This document shows positions 15,175 through 30,384 of a stretch of 64,000 nt of DNA, in pieces. The position numbers were made by a program, and so were the translations under genes. This DNA is from the human T2T-CHM13v2.0 reference genome, Homo sapiens: assembly GCF_009914755.1 (NCBI RefSeq), contig NC_060942.1; one strand, given 5' to 3'. The notes beneath the pieces were generated by a model that was not told the origin of the DNA, searched no databases, and saw only the letters and a program-made list of their open reading frames with translations. Every line of letters begins with the position of its first letter. The stretch's first letter is position 1.

Positions 15175-16164
15175 CAAAATATGCTTAAATGCGTTTATTG
15201 TAAATTTGGTTTCCTTACAGAGTGAAGAGAAACAGTATATTAATAACTTAAAAAATTTATATTTTGAATGCTTAAATCTGTTTTTGCATGCAAAACACAC
15301 TTATTTCTTATACATATGAAAACTTTTAATAATACAATCACGTATAAGAAGCCAGATTCTAAAAACAATGCTTACTACATTGCACCTCTCAGAAAACCTA
15401 CCGGTGATGTAAATCCATGTGAGTAAATTATTGACAAAACGTGATGTTGCTAGAGAAATGGAGATGGAACAACTTCAAAATGATATCTCTATGGCCTCAC
15501 ACATGTAGTTGCTACCGTGCTGTAACTCATGCAGAAGCTGAAGAGACTCGGGCAAAGAGAGAAACGCCCTTAACCTTAGATGGTTCTTCTTACAATAATT
15601 TGTGTTTGACATTTATGTAAATAAACTTTTCACAAGAAAATATATTAAAACTACACTTAGAATGTGGATGCACAGTAAAACTAAGCTTTGAAGCATAATA
15701 AAAGCAAAGAAAAAAAAATACCGCAGGTGAACTAAGTTGCTTTGCATCTACAGAAAGTAGCAGAAGAAGGGCCTCTGCATTATCAGCCCATGGAGCAACT
15801 CTCGTGTGTACAGTGTCTGCACACAAACACAGACTTGACAGAACGACTTCAAATCTATTTGTGTCAAGTCCTGAAACTCATGAAAACAATACTATTTCAG
15901 TCTGTTTGTTCCATCAATAACTCTATCAACCTAAAGCAGTTTAATCTTTAAGTACCCAGCAAGTGTACCTTTTAAGGGCAGAGGACACTTGGACAAACAT
16001 CGTGCACACCACAGAAGAGTATCAGAAACCATATTTACGTAATAAAAAGTGATTGAGTTTTTTTTTAACACATAAAACAACATCATGAGTTGAGTCATGG
16101 CTAGAATGCATATCCAAATAGCCATTCTCAACTATCAAAATTAAGACCGTAATTCATACCTATG
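15175..16164 (-). other. Candidate terminal exon / 3' UTR of an unidentified minus-strand gene
   Basis: Repeat-free ~1 kb with retained CpGs; minus-strand AATAAA at 15194-15199; pyrimidine-rich acceptor ctttctcttccttcacccaaattctcttctttAG at 16165-16166. Confidence 0.4.
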
Positions 16165-16524
16165 CTAAAGAAGAGAATTTGGGTGAAGGAAGAGAAAGTA
16201 GAGTCCAAAAGGGCCCTGCTCTTGGTTAAAGGGAGATAAATTGGGGTTATTTATTGCTTTATTGAGGAAAGAAAAACTTGAATAAAAGAGAAGATTCAGG
16301 TCTTAAAAATGAGAGGTAGCTGAGGTTAACTTGCACATGGTAAGAAACAGAATGGAGCAGTATTCACAAATGAAACAAAACAAAGGAAACCTCCCAACTC
16401 TGAGTAAATTTTGACCTTGAGCCTCTTGGTTAAGCTCTCTGAGCTGTGGTTTCATCATTTACAAATATGTGTAATAAATCTATCAATGTATCTCATTGAA
16501 TTGCCAATAATGAAAATATCACTG

Positions 16525-16998
<474 letters not shown>

Positions 16999-17413
16999 CT
17001 ACAACATTTTTAGTATCTTTTAAAAGCAATGATGTTTATGTCTATCAATGCAAAAATATAACTGTACTGAATCTCTCTTACGGAAATAAAATGCACTTAC
17101 AGATGAATCTAATAAGGTATATATATGTACTATATATACACAAATACATATATACACATATAAAACACATACATAAAATTATTTGCTGTTCCACATATAT
17201 GTGCATGCATATATATTATACATACACACAGAGACAGATGGGAATTTTTTACATGCATAATCATATATTATACTACATATACAATATATTTGTTAATATA
17301 TATCATATGTACATACAAAGATTTTTATTCACATTTTATAGAGAAGGCAATATGTACAGAAAAAAGTAGAATACTGTGTCAGAATTTATCCTATTTTGTT
17401 ATTAATAAAATGT

Positions 17414-17715
<302 letters not shown>

Positions 17716-17819
17716 TAAATAAATAATTTATAATATATATATGTGCATAGCAGCACACGTGTGTCTGTGTGTGTGCACGTATATATAAATATATATGCAG
17801 AGGGCTACACATCAAAGGG

Positions 17820-18695
17820 TTACTACCAGAGAAGCAGGACTGAAAGAAAGAATGGAAGGCCTCCCAAAAGCCATTCCTCACTCCCCCACCCTCCATTTCC
17901 CTTCCTTCCAATGTACTGGCTGCAAAATCAAAAGTAACTTACCAAGCCTGGCCTGCAGTTGGCTATGTCCACGTAATCAAGTTCTAGTCAATGAGGCAAA
18001 GGGAAAGTCAGCTAGAGGAATTCCAAGAAATCTTTTGGCTTCAGGATGAAAGAGACAGAAACAGCTGGCTCTGCTTTTCCTCCTCCTTTTCTGCCCTACA
18101 CTGAAATATGATTCTTGGAACTTCAGCAATTACATCATAGCCATAAAAAATGCCTAAGGAATCACCTCTGCACTACAGCTATGATCAAGGCTGCCCACTG
18201 CTTACCAGAAGGCTTCTGGGTATAGGAGGAAAATAAATTCCTATTGGTCACTATTAGTAGAAGTCTTAGTTCATTTTGTGCTACTCTAACAGAACATCTG
18301 AGACTGGGAAATTTTTAAAGAACAGAAATTTATTCTCTCACTCTTCTGGAAGCTGGGAAGCCAAGATCAAGCTCCCAGCATCTGGTGTGGATCTCCTCAC
18401 TGCATTCTCACATGACAGAAGGTGTGAGGGCAAGGAAAAGATGAACATTGTGTCCTCACATGTTAGAGAAGCAAAAGAGAGGGCAAACATACTCCTACCA
18501 GCCATCTTCCTAGCACTATTAATACATTCATGAGAGCACAGCCCTCACGACTTAAACACCTCCCCAAACACCCCACTTTCCAACACAGTTGCATTGGGGA
18601 TTAAGTTTGCAACACGTGAATTTTGGAAAGAAAGACATTCAAATCTTTGCAGTAGGCTTTTCTATTATTGGCATTTCCAAGCATGCCTAATGATT
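17820..18695 (+). mobile_element. Old MLT1J/L-type LTR with a nested MST LTR
   Basis: ccaagcctggcctgcagttggc..aagttctagtcaatgagg; aataaattcctattgg; resumes after the MST with ttttctattattggc. Confidence 0.55.
18262..18651 (-). mobile_element. MaLR LTR, MSTC/MSTD-like
   Basis: gtcttagttcattttgtgctactctaacagaac...cagttgcattggggattaagtttgcaacac...acattcaaatctttgca; TSD gtaga/gtagg. Confidence 0.8.
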
Positions 18696-19650
18696 TAAAA
18701 AGGGACATTTTTCTTCATTGCTTAAGTTGCTAAAATAAACATGTATTATTATTTTATTTTAAAAAAATGATTTTTAAGGAGAAAAATAAAGATAAAAGAA
18801 AATAGCGGCAATTAGAGCAAAAAAGAAACTTTTAGAAAGATATAGTTATCTTGTGTCATTGTGCTCTAAAAATTGTACTTATTTTAACAAAAACATATTC
18901 ACTCACTAGTTTGTGTGCCCTTTGTTAAGTAACCCTGAGAAGCATTTAAGATACACTTTCCTTATCCCACAATCAAGCTTTGAGTCCTTTGCTAAATCAC
19001 CAAAAGAGATACCAAGGTTAGTGTTAATAAAAAATAGGTATTTATTGTCAAGTGTATATGAAAATGCTCTACTGTAATTATTCTTTCATCTACACTGATA
19101 GTCTTTTAAAAATGTAAATATAAGAGCTATTCAAGAAACTTCATCTATACAGAATTAGAAAACTTCTTTATCCAAACCCAATGGAACATACTCTACAGAA
19201 AAAAATTGTTTTTCTGGTTTGAATTTGCGGCAATGGCAAATCAAATACTAGCTTATCACAATAATGGCTTAAAATGTAAAGATAAGTAACCAGTAAGGAT
19301 AACATTTCAGTGCCTGTATAACAAATTAAAAATAGAATATTCCAAGAAAATATAGCATTATAAAGAAGACCAGGGTGGGAAGGTGTGGGAGGGATAAGGG
19401 AATGGTTTATGTAGGGAAAGCTTAAATACAGGCAACACCTAAACCAAAGAATGGCAGAGATAAGGCAACAAAGAAGTTTTGATGCTGTTTGCAAAGATGC
19501 TCAGGGTATGTGGCAAAGCACAAAATAAATAGCACACGTATGAAGTCTGTTTTGTGTTGATATTAGCAAGGAAACTACTTTTATTAGTAAGGAGAACTAT
19601 ATGCCTACCATGTTTTATGTGTCTTACTTGTTATGTGTAATAACTATTAG

Positions 19651-20039
<389 letters not shown>

Positions 20040-20849
20040 TTAACAATGCTTTTAACATAAATTTCACTGTATATTACTTAGAGAGCAGCCCTATCAGCAA
20101 AAATTGTGAAAGATTAGGGGTAAAAAAGATACTGTGTGCCTTGTCTAGCATACTTGATGCTATAGGGACCCACTCCTTTAACTGTCTTTGAGCTACTTAA
20201 CTAACCTGTAATTTGTGGAAAACTATTAATTACGCAAAGTTGCCCTTATAATGCAAATAAATTTTGTCCGACAAAATGCTGTTCATTATCACTCTGTGGA
20301 TATTGAACAGGGTTGCATCTATTTGTAAATTCATTTTAGCTTTTTTTTCCTCCCAGTATATGAGTGAATTGAATTGTCATTTGAACTTATTACAACATCT
20401 TGTTACTTCCATCATTCATTAATACATTTAAACATAATATCTGATGTGTGATTATTAAAAATAAATTCCTTAGAGTAGTGAAAAAAACAGATGAATGAAT
20501 AATGAATGTAAACTTTTTTGAGAGTCAGAGAATGCCTGCTGCATAGTCAGCTGCAGATTTTGGATTTTGAGAATATCTCTTGCCTTTGAAATTCTGTGTA
20601 ACTTCAGCTGTTAACAATCTCAGTGGTTTTTCTCCTTTAATTCAAATATTCATTTTTAAAGAGAAAGACGAGTCCCTTTACTTTGTTTCTATAAGTTTAT
20701 GTGAAAGGCGTCCTTGCTATTAACATTGCTAGATATCAGTGCCAGGATTTGCTTTACCTTGTTAGATACTTAGTCTCGTTGCTGACATTCACTTCTCTCT
20801 GCTTTCACAACTACCAGGCTATCCAGCCTAAGCTGATAGAACTAACCAA

Positions 20850-21383
20850 CGTGGCAGGGACCAAGGTGGCCTTAACATCCCTCTCAGCTTGACTAAACTT
20901 TAAGGAGGTTTCTTCCTGACTATAGGCCCCTGACCTCCTTATTATTGCACCAGTTACTTTAGAAAACTTGCCATTGCAAACCCTTTCTCTGCCCCTTGGA
21001 GATGAAAATCTTCCCCTGGCCTCTTCAGTGTTCAAATTCAGGAATGTCTTGCACAAGGACCTGAGAGTCACCTCTTTAAAATGCAATCATCAAGAATGAT
21101 AGTTCCACTGTCTCTCAGCCTCTGTAGAGAGAAGTCTAACCTCAATAATTAGCACCAATTAGCAAACACAGATGGCCTAGTAACATTGACCGGCCTGTCA
21201 CCTAAGATTTCCATAGTACTTTTCCTCTAGCTTACACAACACTTAAAAACCCTCTTGTTTTGTGTTACAAAAGAGTTGAGTTCAATTCCTCTCCCCTATT
21301 GCAATAGTCCCCCCGCCCAGATAAATAAATAAATAAGTGTTCCTTTTCTTCTTAACTCAGCCTGGTGCACTTTCCCTTTGACA
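20850..21383 (+). mobile_element. MER4-group ERV1 solo LTR (MER31-like)
   Basis: cagcttgactaaactttaagg..ttcttcctgactataggcccctgacc, ccaattagcaaacacagatggcc, aataaa, ends ctttgaca. Confidence 0.7.
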
Positions 21384-22224
21384 GTAGATGTTGGAGTGTT
21401 GATTGCTGCCTTTCACTTAACAGTGAATAAGCAAATGCTCTAGCACTCCAACTCCAAGTGTTCTCTCTTATCTGCTGTGAGCTGTCTCTCTCAAATCTTT
21501 TTTCTCTCTCTCCAGCTGTCTTATGCTCTCTCTGCCTTACTCCCTCTCTCTCTTTCAGTCTCTCTCTCTCTTTTCCCCTTCTCTCTTTTTCTCATTAGAA
21601 ATTTGTTTTTTTTTTGCTGGATTTAAATTATTTATATTTGAAGAGTAATTCTTCACCATCTCCACCCTCTCAAATGTCCTTAATTATAGCTTACTTATAG
21701 GTTTTACATAGAATATATTGTCCCTTTATTATGTTTTGTAAAAACCTAAAATATTTACAGACACTACTCCTTAAAATTAAGCTGCTTTTAAAAGAGGGGC
21801 ACAACAAAGACACTAAACCAGCATTTTTTTAGCTCCTACCCAGATGCTCTAAAATTCCTCACCAGAGATCTAGCACATCCCAGAGAGCGTATCATATGGG
21901 CTTTTCTCACAACTTTTTCTCTATCTCTTAAGCCACGTAGTAAAATCAGTAGGGCTGACCTTAGCATGTCAGTAGAGGTGCAAGAGAGCTTGTATTCAAG
22001 CTTAGGGCCAATATTACATTAGAATGACAATTTACTAATATACCTTATATCAAAACAAAACATTTTAAAGAATAAATCAGAAAATAAAACAATTCCATTT
22101 ACAGATTTAAGCCATAAAATCGGTGTCAATAATAACATCAAATACTGCTTTTTTTCTTACTAGATGCTTTGAATTTATAAAAGCCAACCAAACACTGGTT
22201 CAAGGAATTGTTTAAGGTTTGATT

Positions 22225-22390
22225 CCATAAACAATCACCTAGAGACTTGTTAAAAGTGTAGGTCTTGGGGACTCATTGCCCCTGGAGACTGACCTGGATA
22301 GGAATCCCCGGCAAGTCAGCTGAGAATGTGCACCCTTTACATGCACCCAAGATGATTCTTAGGCTCACAGGTATTTGAGAACCTCAGCCT
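22225..22390. mobile_element. MER5-type hAT MITE
   Basis: aatcacctagagacttgttaaaa ... gatgattctt..tttgagaacc. Confidence 0.55.
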
Positions 22391-22886
22391 TGGGCCACTA
22401 CATACTGGGACAACAGTCTGGTTTTACTTAAGATCCAAGTACGTGAGACAGAGCATAACAGGCTGTGTTGAAACACCAGGTGCATTCTAAAAGAATGCTT
22501 TTTTTTTTGTTTGGTTCCACAACTAAAATATTGAAGCAGGGGCTCTTTTTTATTCTAATGCACCAAAATACTAATTAAAAAATCAAAGAAACAAAACAGA
22601 AAAGAAAAATGAAAAATGTATGTCAATTTATGATAAATATGGCCTCTCAAATTTGTGAACAAAGAATGGTATTTAAAATGCTATTGACAACTTGATACAC
22701 ATAAGGAATAAATAAAATTGCTATTTCTACCACGGCCTTATATAAGAATAATTTCCAGACTTATTAAATATTTCAAATCTGAAGACAAAACTATAAAAGT
22801 ATTAGTGATAACTCTAGGCTAATGTTTAAATGACATAGAGTAGGAAAACATAACCAGGGAAAGACATCATAAAGAAAGACATTGTA

Positions 22887-23257
<371 letters not shown>

Positions 23258-24682
23258 TCAAATAAATACATAAGAAACAGCAAACACACTATAAATATTT
23301 TTTTAAAACTACAGATTGGGAAAAACAATTTCTTGCAATACGTTGTTAACTTTCTTGCTATCTATCACCATTTTAAGATGCTTGTGTTTTCAAGACCAAG
23401 AAGAACAACTGAGGCAGTATTTTTCGACTCCTGCCAACCATCCAAGAACCCAAATCACAAAAGGGACAAACTTAGTTCTAGAGTTTTCTCCCATGCAGCT
23501 ATGTCCTCCAAGTCAAACGGGTGAGGCAGCTTGGATACATAAAGCATTTAATTTTCACATGGATTAAGCAAGACCTTGAGAAAGTTAAAAGAAACTCCAA
23601 AATATATAGCTTAGTATCATACCTTTTATTTTCAACTTCAACTGTTTCCCACCATAAAACCCCGTGAATCAGCTTCTCACGGTAGAGCTATGTACATGTA
23701 TTTAATGTTTACTTCATTTCCGTGTTATTACCGACACCATGAGGATGAGACCTAATGACCAGAACAGCAAGATTGGAGGCTTCACAATCTAATCCTGTGG
23801 AACCTTCTTCCCACTTAACTGAAATCCTGTTATGTCCTTTGAATATCTGCAAACTTAGTTGGGTCTTAATCTTTATCTCTTTTCTGTCAGCCAATTATTC
23901 TTCCTCCTTATCTTTCTGACCAGGAAAATTTCAGCACAAACCTTAAACCCCCCAAGTATTTATGTCAGTGTGATCTCTGCCAAACTAAACTATTTACAAG
24001 ACATTTTCAAATTCAGTTGTAATTTATGATACAATAGTCCCTACATATTTGACCACATATGACACTAGTTCTTTTATTTTAACTATTTTAATTTATTTTA
24101 CTACATCCTGCCAATCCAAGTGTTAATATCATTGATAAAAAAAGGTTCTTACTATAAAAAAATACAAACAATACTATGTACAATTGAGTTCAGGAAATAA
24201 ATGTGCAGTTCACAAAAAAAGAATGATCATATTTAATGAAGATATAATTTTCATCTCCTTACTAACCAAGAAAATAAAAACTATGATGAAGTGTTTTCCA
24301 CTATTAAGTTAGCATTAATTTACACAAAGTTCTTAATTTTTGTAACTAAAAAAAAAAAAATCCCTTTTCAAAAGCATGTATATGACTGCCTTATCAATAA
24401 AACAAAAATCAACTGTTAGATCTGATAGGGGAGTTTTGGTTCAGAGCCCACCTCCCGCATCTCAGTGTCCAGAAAACCTCCATCTTAGTCCTACAAGGTC
24501 CTTTCAGGGGAGCTCTCCTGAGGTAATCTGTATAAAAGTTATCGTATGAAAGTATGGAGTTACAAAACTTCATACTCTGGAAAGCCTTAGGAATGGGTAC
24601 TCCTGCACATCATTAATGATACATAAATGTTATGATTTTCCTGACAGTCATTTGAAAAAGCATGTTGTCTTTTATTTAGGGC

Positions 24683-25048
24683 TGTTATAGCCTATCTGTG
24701 TTCCCCCAAACTTCATATGTTGATGCCCTGAACCCCAATGTGATGGTATTTGAAGATGGGGCCTTTGGAAGGTAATTGGGTTCATGAGGGTAGGGTACCC
24801 ATAACTGTGTTAGTGTCCTTGTAAGAAGAGGAAGAGAGACCAGAGTTCTCTCTCTCAGTTATGTGAAGATACAGTGACAAGGCAGCTGTCTGGCAGCCAG
24901 GAAGTTGGCCCTAACCAGGAATCAAATCTGCTGGTGACATGATCTTGAGCTTCTCAGCCTCCAGAACCATAAGATATAATTTTTTTGTTGTTGTTCAAAT
25001 AACCTAGTTTACAATATTTTGTTATAGGAGCCCAAGTTGACTAGGACA
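24683..25048 (+). mobile_element. MLT1A-type LTR
   Basis: tgttatagcc..tgtgttcccccaaacttcatatgttga ... cagcctccagaac ... gactaggaca; TSD agggc/aggtc. Confidence 0.85.
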
Positions 25049-25794
25049 AGGTCACTATAGTAAAGAAATAACATGAAAATGAGACAAGATAAATGATTTG
25101 GAATAGTTAACAAGATATTAGTTTATATTAGTAAAAAACTGGAAATATTAAAGGCATTTAAAAATAGGGAATAAGTCTTTAGGTTAAACAAAATTATTAA
25201 ATACTTATGCAATGGAACTTTGTGACAACTAATAATGAAAGTATCTATTTACATAATAACATTAAATTTTATTTACAACATGTAACTGAGTGAAAGTTGT
25301 TTAAAAGAATATAGGCATGATCCTCGAATTGTTTGAACATACACATATTTAAGAGAGAAAAAGGGAGGGAAGAAATGAAAAAAGGAAGAGAGGGAAGAAG
25401 CCAAAAATTCTACAAAAAAAACGAATTATTTAAAAATTATCTTTAAGAAGTAATTGCACCGATTCTATATTAGTTGATCATTTTCCCAAACTTTTACATA
25501 TCTGGATTTCCTACATTTTTCTTTCTTTCACAGGAACAAAAAGAATAAAATATTAAATAAAATCTAATAAACAACAAATTAAGAGAAAATGCAATACATA
25601 CGATAATCAGTTTGTCTGTTTTCTTATATAAATGCCATACAATAGTTTTTAAAAGACACACTGAAAGAGAAATAGCATGTGAACATAACTATCAAAAGAA
25701 ATAGAAACGGGTAACACAAATATGAAAATCATTAACCTTGTAATAGTAAAAGGAAAATCAAAATTAACATAATAAAATAGCATTTTCCGTAAGA

Positions 25795-26040
25795 GTAATA
25801 GCTCACATTTTTTGGCAGTTGGCTTTGTGTCAGGTCCTGTTCTACATGTTTTACATAAACGACCTCATTTACTCCTTGTAACTACTAAATGCATAGGTCT
25901 TATATTCACCATCCCCATTTTGCAGACAAGGAAACAGGAAATGAGGGAGATGATGGACTGTCCAAAAGCATGGAGGTTGCAGAGCTGAGATGTAAATGCA
26001 GCAGTGCCCAGCCCCGGGGCCCACGGCTCTCAGCATCACA
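25795..26040 (-). mobile_element. MIR
   Basis: atccccattttgcagacaaggaaacagg core. Confidence 0.75.
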
Positions 26041-27827
26041 GGGCAAGCTCTCTCATACCAAACTTCCAGAAAATACCATTGAGCATATCCAGTGTCGGTC
26101 AGGGTTCCAGGAAAGGGAGAACTGTCAAAACACTCCTGGATTTGGTAGAAGGAATTAACATTCTTCTGGAGGTCAATTTAGTCTTAAGGATTAAGAGCAT
26201 TAAGAAGTACCCATAAAATCAAAATTCCCAAGTCCTGGAAGTATTCTCAATAAATAAACACAGATCTACACCAAATTTTGTGTAAAAAGTTTCTTTTTGC
26301 AGTATTACTTAAAATAGAATAAAATAGGAAGAGTGTGAATATGTACACAGTAGATGAATGGGTAAATAAAAGATGAAGCAGTTTATGATTATTCAAAACA
26401 TACTCTCGCTGTTGGTCAAAGAGGACAAACTTGTAGTTTTACAATGAATAAGTTCTGATGACCTAATGCATAGTATAGTGAATATAGCTAATAATAATGT
26501 ATTTTATGCTTAAACAAATAGAGAATATAAATCTTTGCAGAATAAAACTTGAAATCTCACAATTCATATATGAAAGATCCATGATTGAGGTTTTCCCAAA
26601 CTGGCAACAATTCTATCAATTTATTTGACTTTACAAATAATAAGTTGTGAAATTATCAAAACTATATCTCTCTATGCATATATATATATATATATTTCTG
26701 ATCCATCAAAAAGAAAAAAATGCTCTCAAGTATAAAGAAGTGCTAGTAGTAAATTGCAATGAGAAAAGTTCAAATTAAAAATCTATGTTTAATATAACTC
26801 CATATTTGCTTTTAAAATACTATACATATACTTATTTGTGTATAGTCTCATTTTATATATTTTATATAATATTAAATGTATACCTTTAATAGGTAAACAT
26901 ACATTTTTAGTTTCATATTTTATGTATTATATTAATAAACAGGTGTAAATATACTTGCGATTGACAAGATAATATATAAAAAAAGAGAAGTTTGATGGGG
27001 CATTAGAATTACAAATTTTTTAAATTACTTTTCTGTATGCTCAAAACTTTCCATAATAAGTACACACTTCTTCTGTAATGGAAACTGTGAAGAGGAGCTG
27101 GAAACCAAGAGGACAGAATGGAAAGGCACCTTTCTCTCAGTACCTCCAAGCCTCCAATCGCATCACATCATCCACCAACCGGCCTGACAGTCAGGCCAAA
27201 AGGGGGCCTACAAGGTGGGCCAGTGACAAATGACAAGCCATACCATGCAGCACTAGCGTCTTGCCTCCTACATCAGCAAAGAAGCAAAATATCCCTGCTA
27301 CTTCCTTCCAAATTGCATGCAAAAGATGAAGAACAAGGGTGGCTCATATTAACCCAGGACTATGAGACAGGGAATTTTGGAAAACATAGTTTTAGCTTAG
27401 CTAAGTTAACACAAGACAAATCCACTACATGGACCAATGTTTGTCTCCTTAACTCCATGGACTCCTCCCCGCAAAAAAGAGCATCAAAGGACCTGTGAGT
27501 GAGAAGTTGGAAGCACCACCTCAACTTGTAAAAGTCCTTCCCTTGACATGTAAAATAAAAGTCCCTGCTAACTCCTGGGAGTGTGGTTTTCTTAGCCAAC
27601 TTCATTTCCCCTACTCTCAAGTGTAGCAAAAATTCTTCCCCTAACGTATGTAAAATAAAAAGTGCACTCTGCTTTACTTCTGAAAATTTAGTTAAGAAAA
27701 TCAAAGTCTATTTCCCTTACTCTAAGCAGTAAAAGAGACCTAAAAATTTTACTTGGCTGCGGGAGAATATTTATCAGATATGAAGCTCAATTACTACTTT
27801 GCAACTTTTTCCACAGATCTTCTGTTG

Positions 27828-27897
27828 AGAGAGAGAGAGGAAGGAAGGAAGGAAGGAAGGAAGGAAGGAAGGAAGGAAGGAGAGAGAAAGAAAAAAG
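27828..27897. repeat. (GA)n(GGAA)n microsatellite
   Basis: Direct reading. Confidence 0.95.
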
Positions 27898-28150
27898 AGA
27901 AATAACATTAATTAGTGATTAACATTTATTGTTGAACTATAGGGTATGAGTTATGGTGTCCAGCATAAAGCATTTTATGGCTACTTGGTGTCAGTTAGTC
28001 TAAAATCCATAGAGCAAGTGACTTCAAGAAGTAATTATTTAGCTCCAGGCCAGAATGAGATGTGACAGCTGTCACATTTTAAGTGCCTCTCTGATCCTGA
28101 TAATTCAAAGGAACTTGCATTTCTCAGACAAACTGTTTCTCTTCTTTCTT
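27898..28150 (-). mobile_element. LTR37-like ERV1 LTR, 5' part
   Basis: Reverse complement reads aattatcagg..cagagaggcacttaaaatgtgacagctgtcacatctc...gactaactgacaccaagtagccataaaatg...ccctatagttcaacaat. Confidence 0.7.
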
Positions 28151-29539
28151 GATTGCTTCTGGAATCTGGAGCAGTTTTATGAAGTATATCATGATGATGT
28201 TATTTCTATAAATCAATGAGAATTCCTATCAAACAGACAATTTAAAAAATAATGTTTGTGGTCACCAACACAGAAAAGTGTCAAATTAAGGAAAAGCATT
28301 TTTACATTTAAGCTAAAATTTCTATCACCACGTAAATAGACTCTCTCCTAATAGAATGTCTTCTTTTCTATATTCCTATGTTTATGACATGCTTACTAAT
28401 TACCCTATATGACAGGCTTATAAATTTCACTCTCAGCTCTGTGAGCAGGCTAATGGATCAATGCCATTAGCCAGAAGGAAAATGAGCAAAAGAGCAAATG
28501 TGCATGACCTTACAGAGAAAATCGTTTTATTTCTCATTTTGAGGTAATTGGTCTTGGTTGCTGTATTTTATTACGTAAATGCATTTGAAAATAAAGGACA
28601 TAGTTTTTTAAAATTTAGAGATTGGATTAGGATTATTCTGGGAAGCCTTTGGTGATGAAAAATTTTGAGGTTTTATATACTTAAACTAAACCTGCTAGAT
28701 TGTTTCATCCTCCTCAAAGCCCATTGCTATACCCCAAAAGCATTTCCTTCACCAATGTCAAGCCTGAGTTATGCAAATCTCTGAAGGTTCTGATTCTAAT
28801 CTTAAAGACTTTTCATATAATCCCTAGCACGGCAATGGTTTTCATAGGGACATTGTGACTGGTGTCTTGTTCTGTGCCATTTTTCCTGATTCAAATGCGC
28901 ACATATTGAGCTTAGACAAAGATCAAATACAAGCAACGAGAGGCCCAATAGATGCTCAGTTTACTACCTAATATCAATGGCACTACATTTCTCTCCTCAG
29001 TAGCCCCAAATTCTGAAACTCACAATCTATGCATACTTGGATATTTCGGAGAAAGCACCAGTATTATGTGTATTTATGGGAGTGAGTAAAATTCAAGACA
29101 TTTCCTTGTAGAACAACCAGGTGGAACTTGAAGTTTAACCTAGCTTCAACTGATACACAATTTAAAAAACAAACAAACAAAAACAAAACAAAACAAAACA
29201 AACTATAACCCTTCCTAAAAGAGGAAACATGGCTTTGGTCAGATGTGCTTACCTAGCTTATGGCCCCTGACCTGTTTCTCTTGCTGACACAGGACTCCCT
29301 GGACACTGAGAAATAGAAGTTGCTTTTGATCAGGCTTTTGGAGCAAGTGGTCCAGGTTGTCTTTCCTACTCTGGGTCCCAATAAAATCTAGGTACCTCTG
29401 TGTACCCACTAAATAGGATGGAGCAGAATGTCTGCATGCCAAATGTGTTGCAACAAAAACACATAGTGGTCTACGCTCTGTGTTTTTTTTTTAGTTTTGA
29501 GTGGCATGAGCTGCAATAATCTGCCCTTATGTGGGAAAG

Positions 29540-30330
29540 AAAGACCCAACATGCCCCACACCCACTGAATATTTACAAACTTCACTCATGTGTCAGAATC
29601 CTACATTATCATTGGATTTATTTTCTACCTTCTAGAGGGCATGGATTAAGACCTCCAACATACATGCTATTTCTTGCCCATAGAGTCTGATTAGCTTAGT
29701 AGGATGTCATTAACATAATGGACTCATAAGATGTTCTCCAGGATATCCAGATGGTCCAGGTGTCATTGGACTATATTATGAGAGAGGGAAGGAGAGTTAA
29801 CATCATCCTGGGGCAAGGTGAAATGTATATTGCTAAAGGTTTCCATCTGCATCAACCAAGATCCCCATCTCAAGTTTCAGGGCCATCACCTTATAGGAGC
29901 TTGGCTGCGGCTGAGATTTCAACTCCTCTGTAGTTCCTTTACTGTCACAATTAGACTCTGACCATTTTCTCTGCTGTCTACTCAGAAACGGCTGCAAGAT
30001 ATTGAGATTGTTTTAGATGTAATCAAGAAGATCCCCTGGATTTCTCTATTTGCCATAGACTGTTGATTAATCACCCTAAGACTGTAGTTATCTTTCTATA
30101 ATGAAGAGTCAACAATGTTCATCAACCATCACCTGAATCTGTAATCTTTAAGCTGCCTTTTCTCTCATACTTCTCCAGTGCTGGAGACATTGCAGCAGCT
30201 GGCACAAACACTCTCTCTTAGGTCCTCATCTGAGTTCACCCCTGGTTTGCCTTTTAACAGCCTCACTTACTATAGCAATTCGTGGATGATCAATATGTTA
30301 CCATCAATGCTAGGCTTCTCCTTGCCCCTT
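29540..30330 (-). mobile_element. ERVL internal (pol/RT) remnant
   Basis: Minus strand 29832-29695 translates as QYTF..LPQ..VNSPSLSHNIVQ*HLDHLDILENIL*VHYVNDILL, matching ERVL RT LPQGY.NSP...VHYIDDI. Confidence 0.7.
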
Positions 30331-30384
30331 TACTGGAAAGTAATCTATTGCCACTTTCCTTTTTTGAGTCTTCCATCTCTGACT

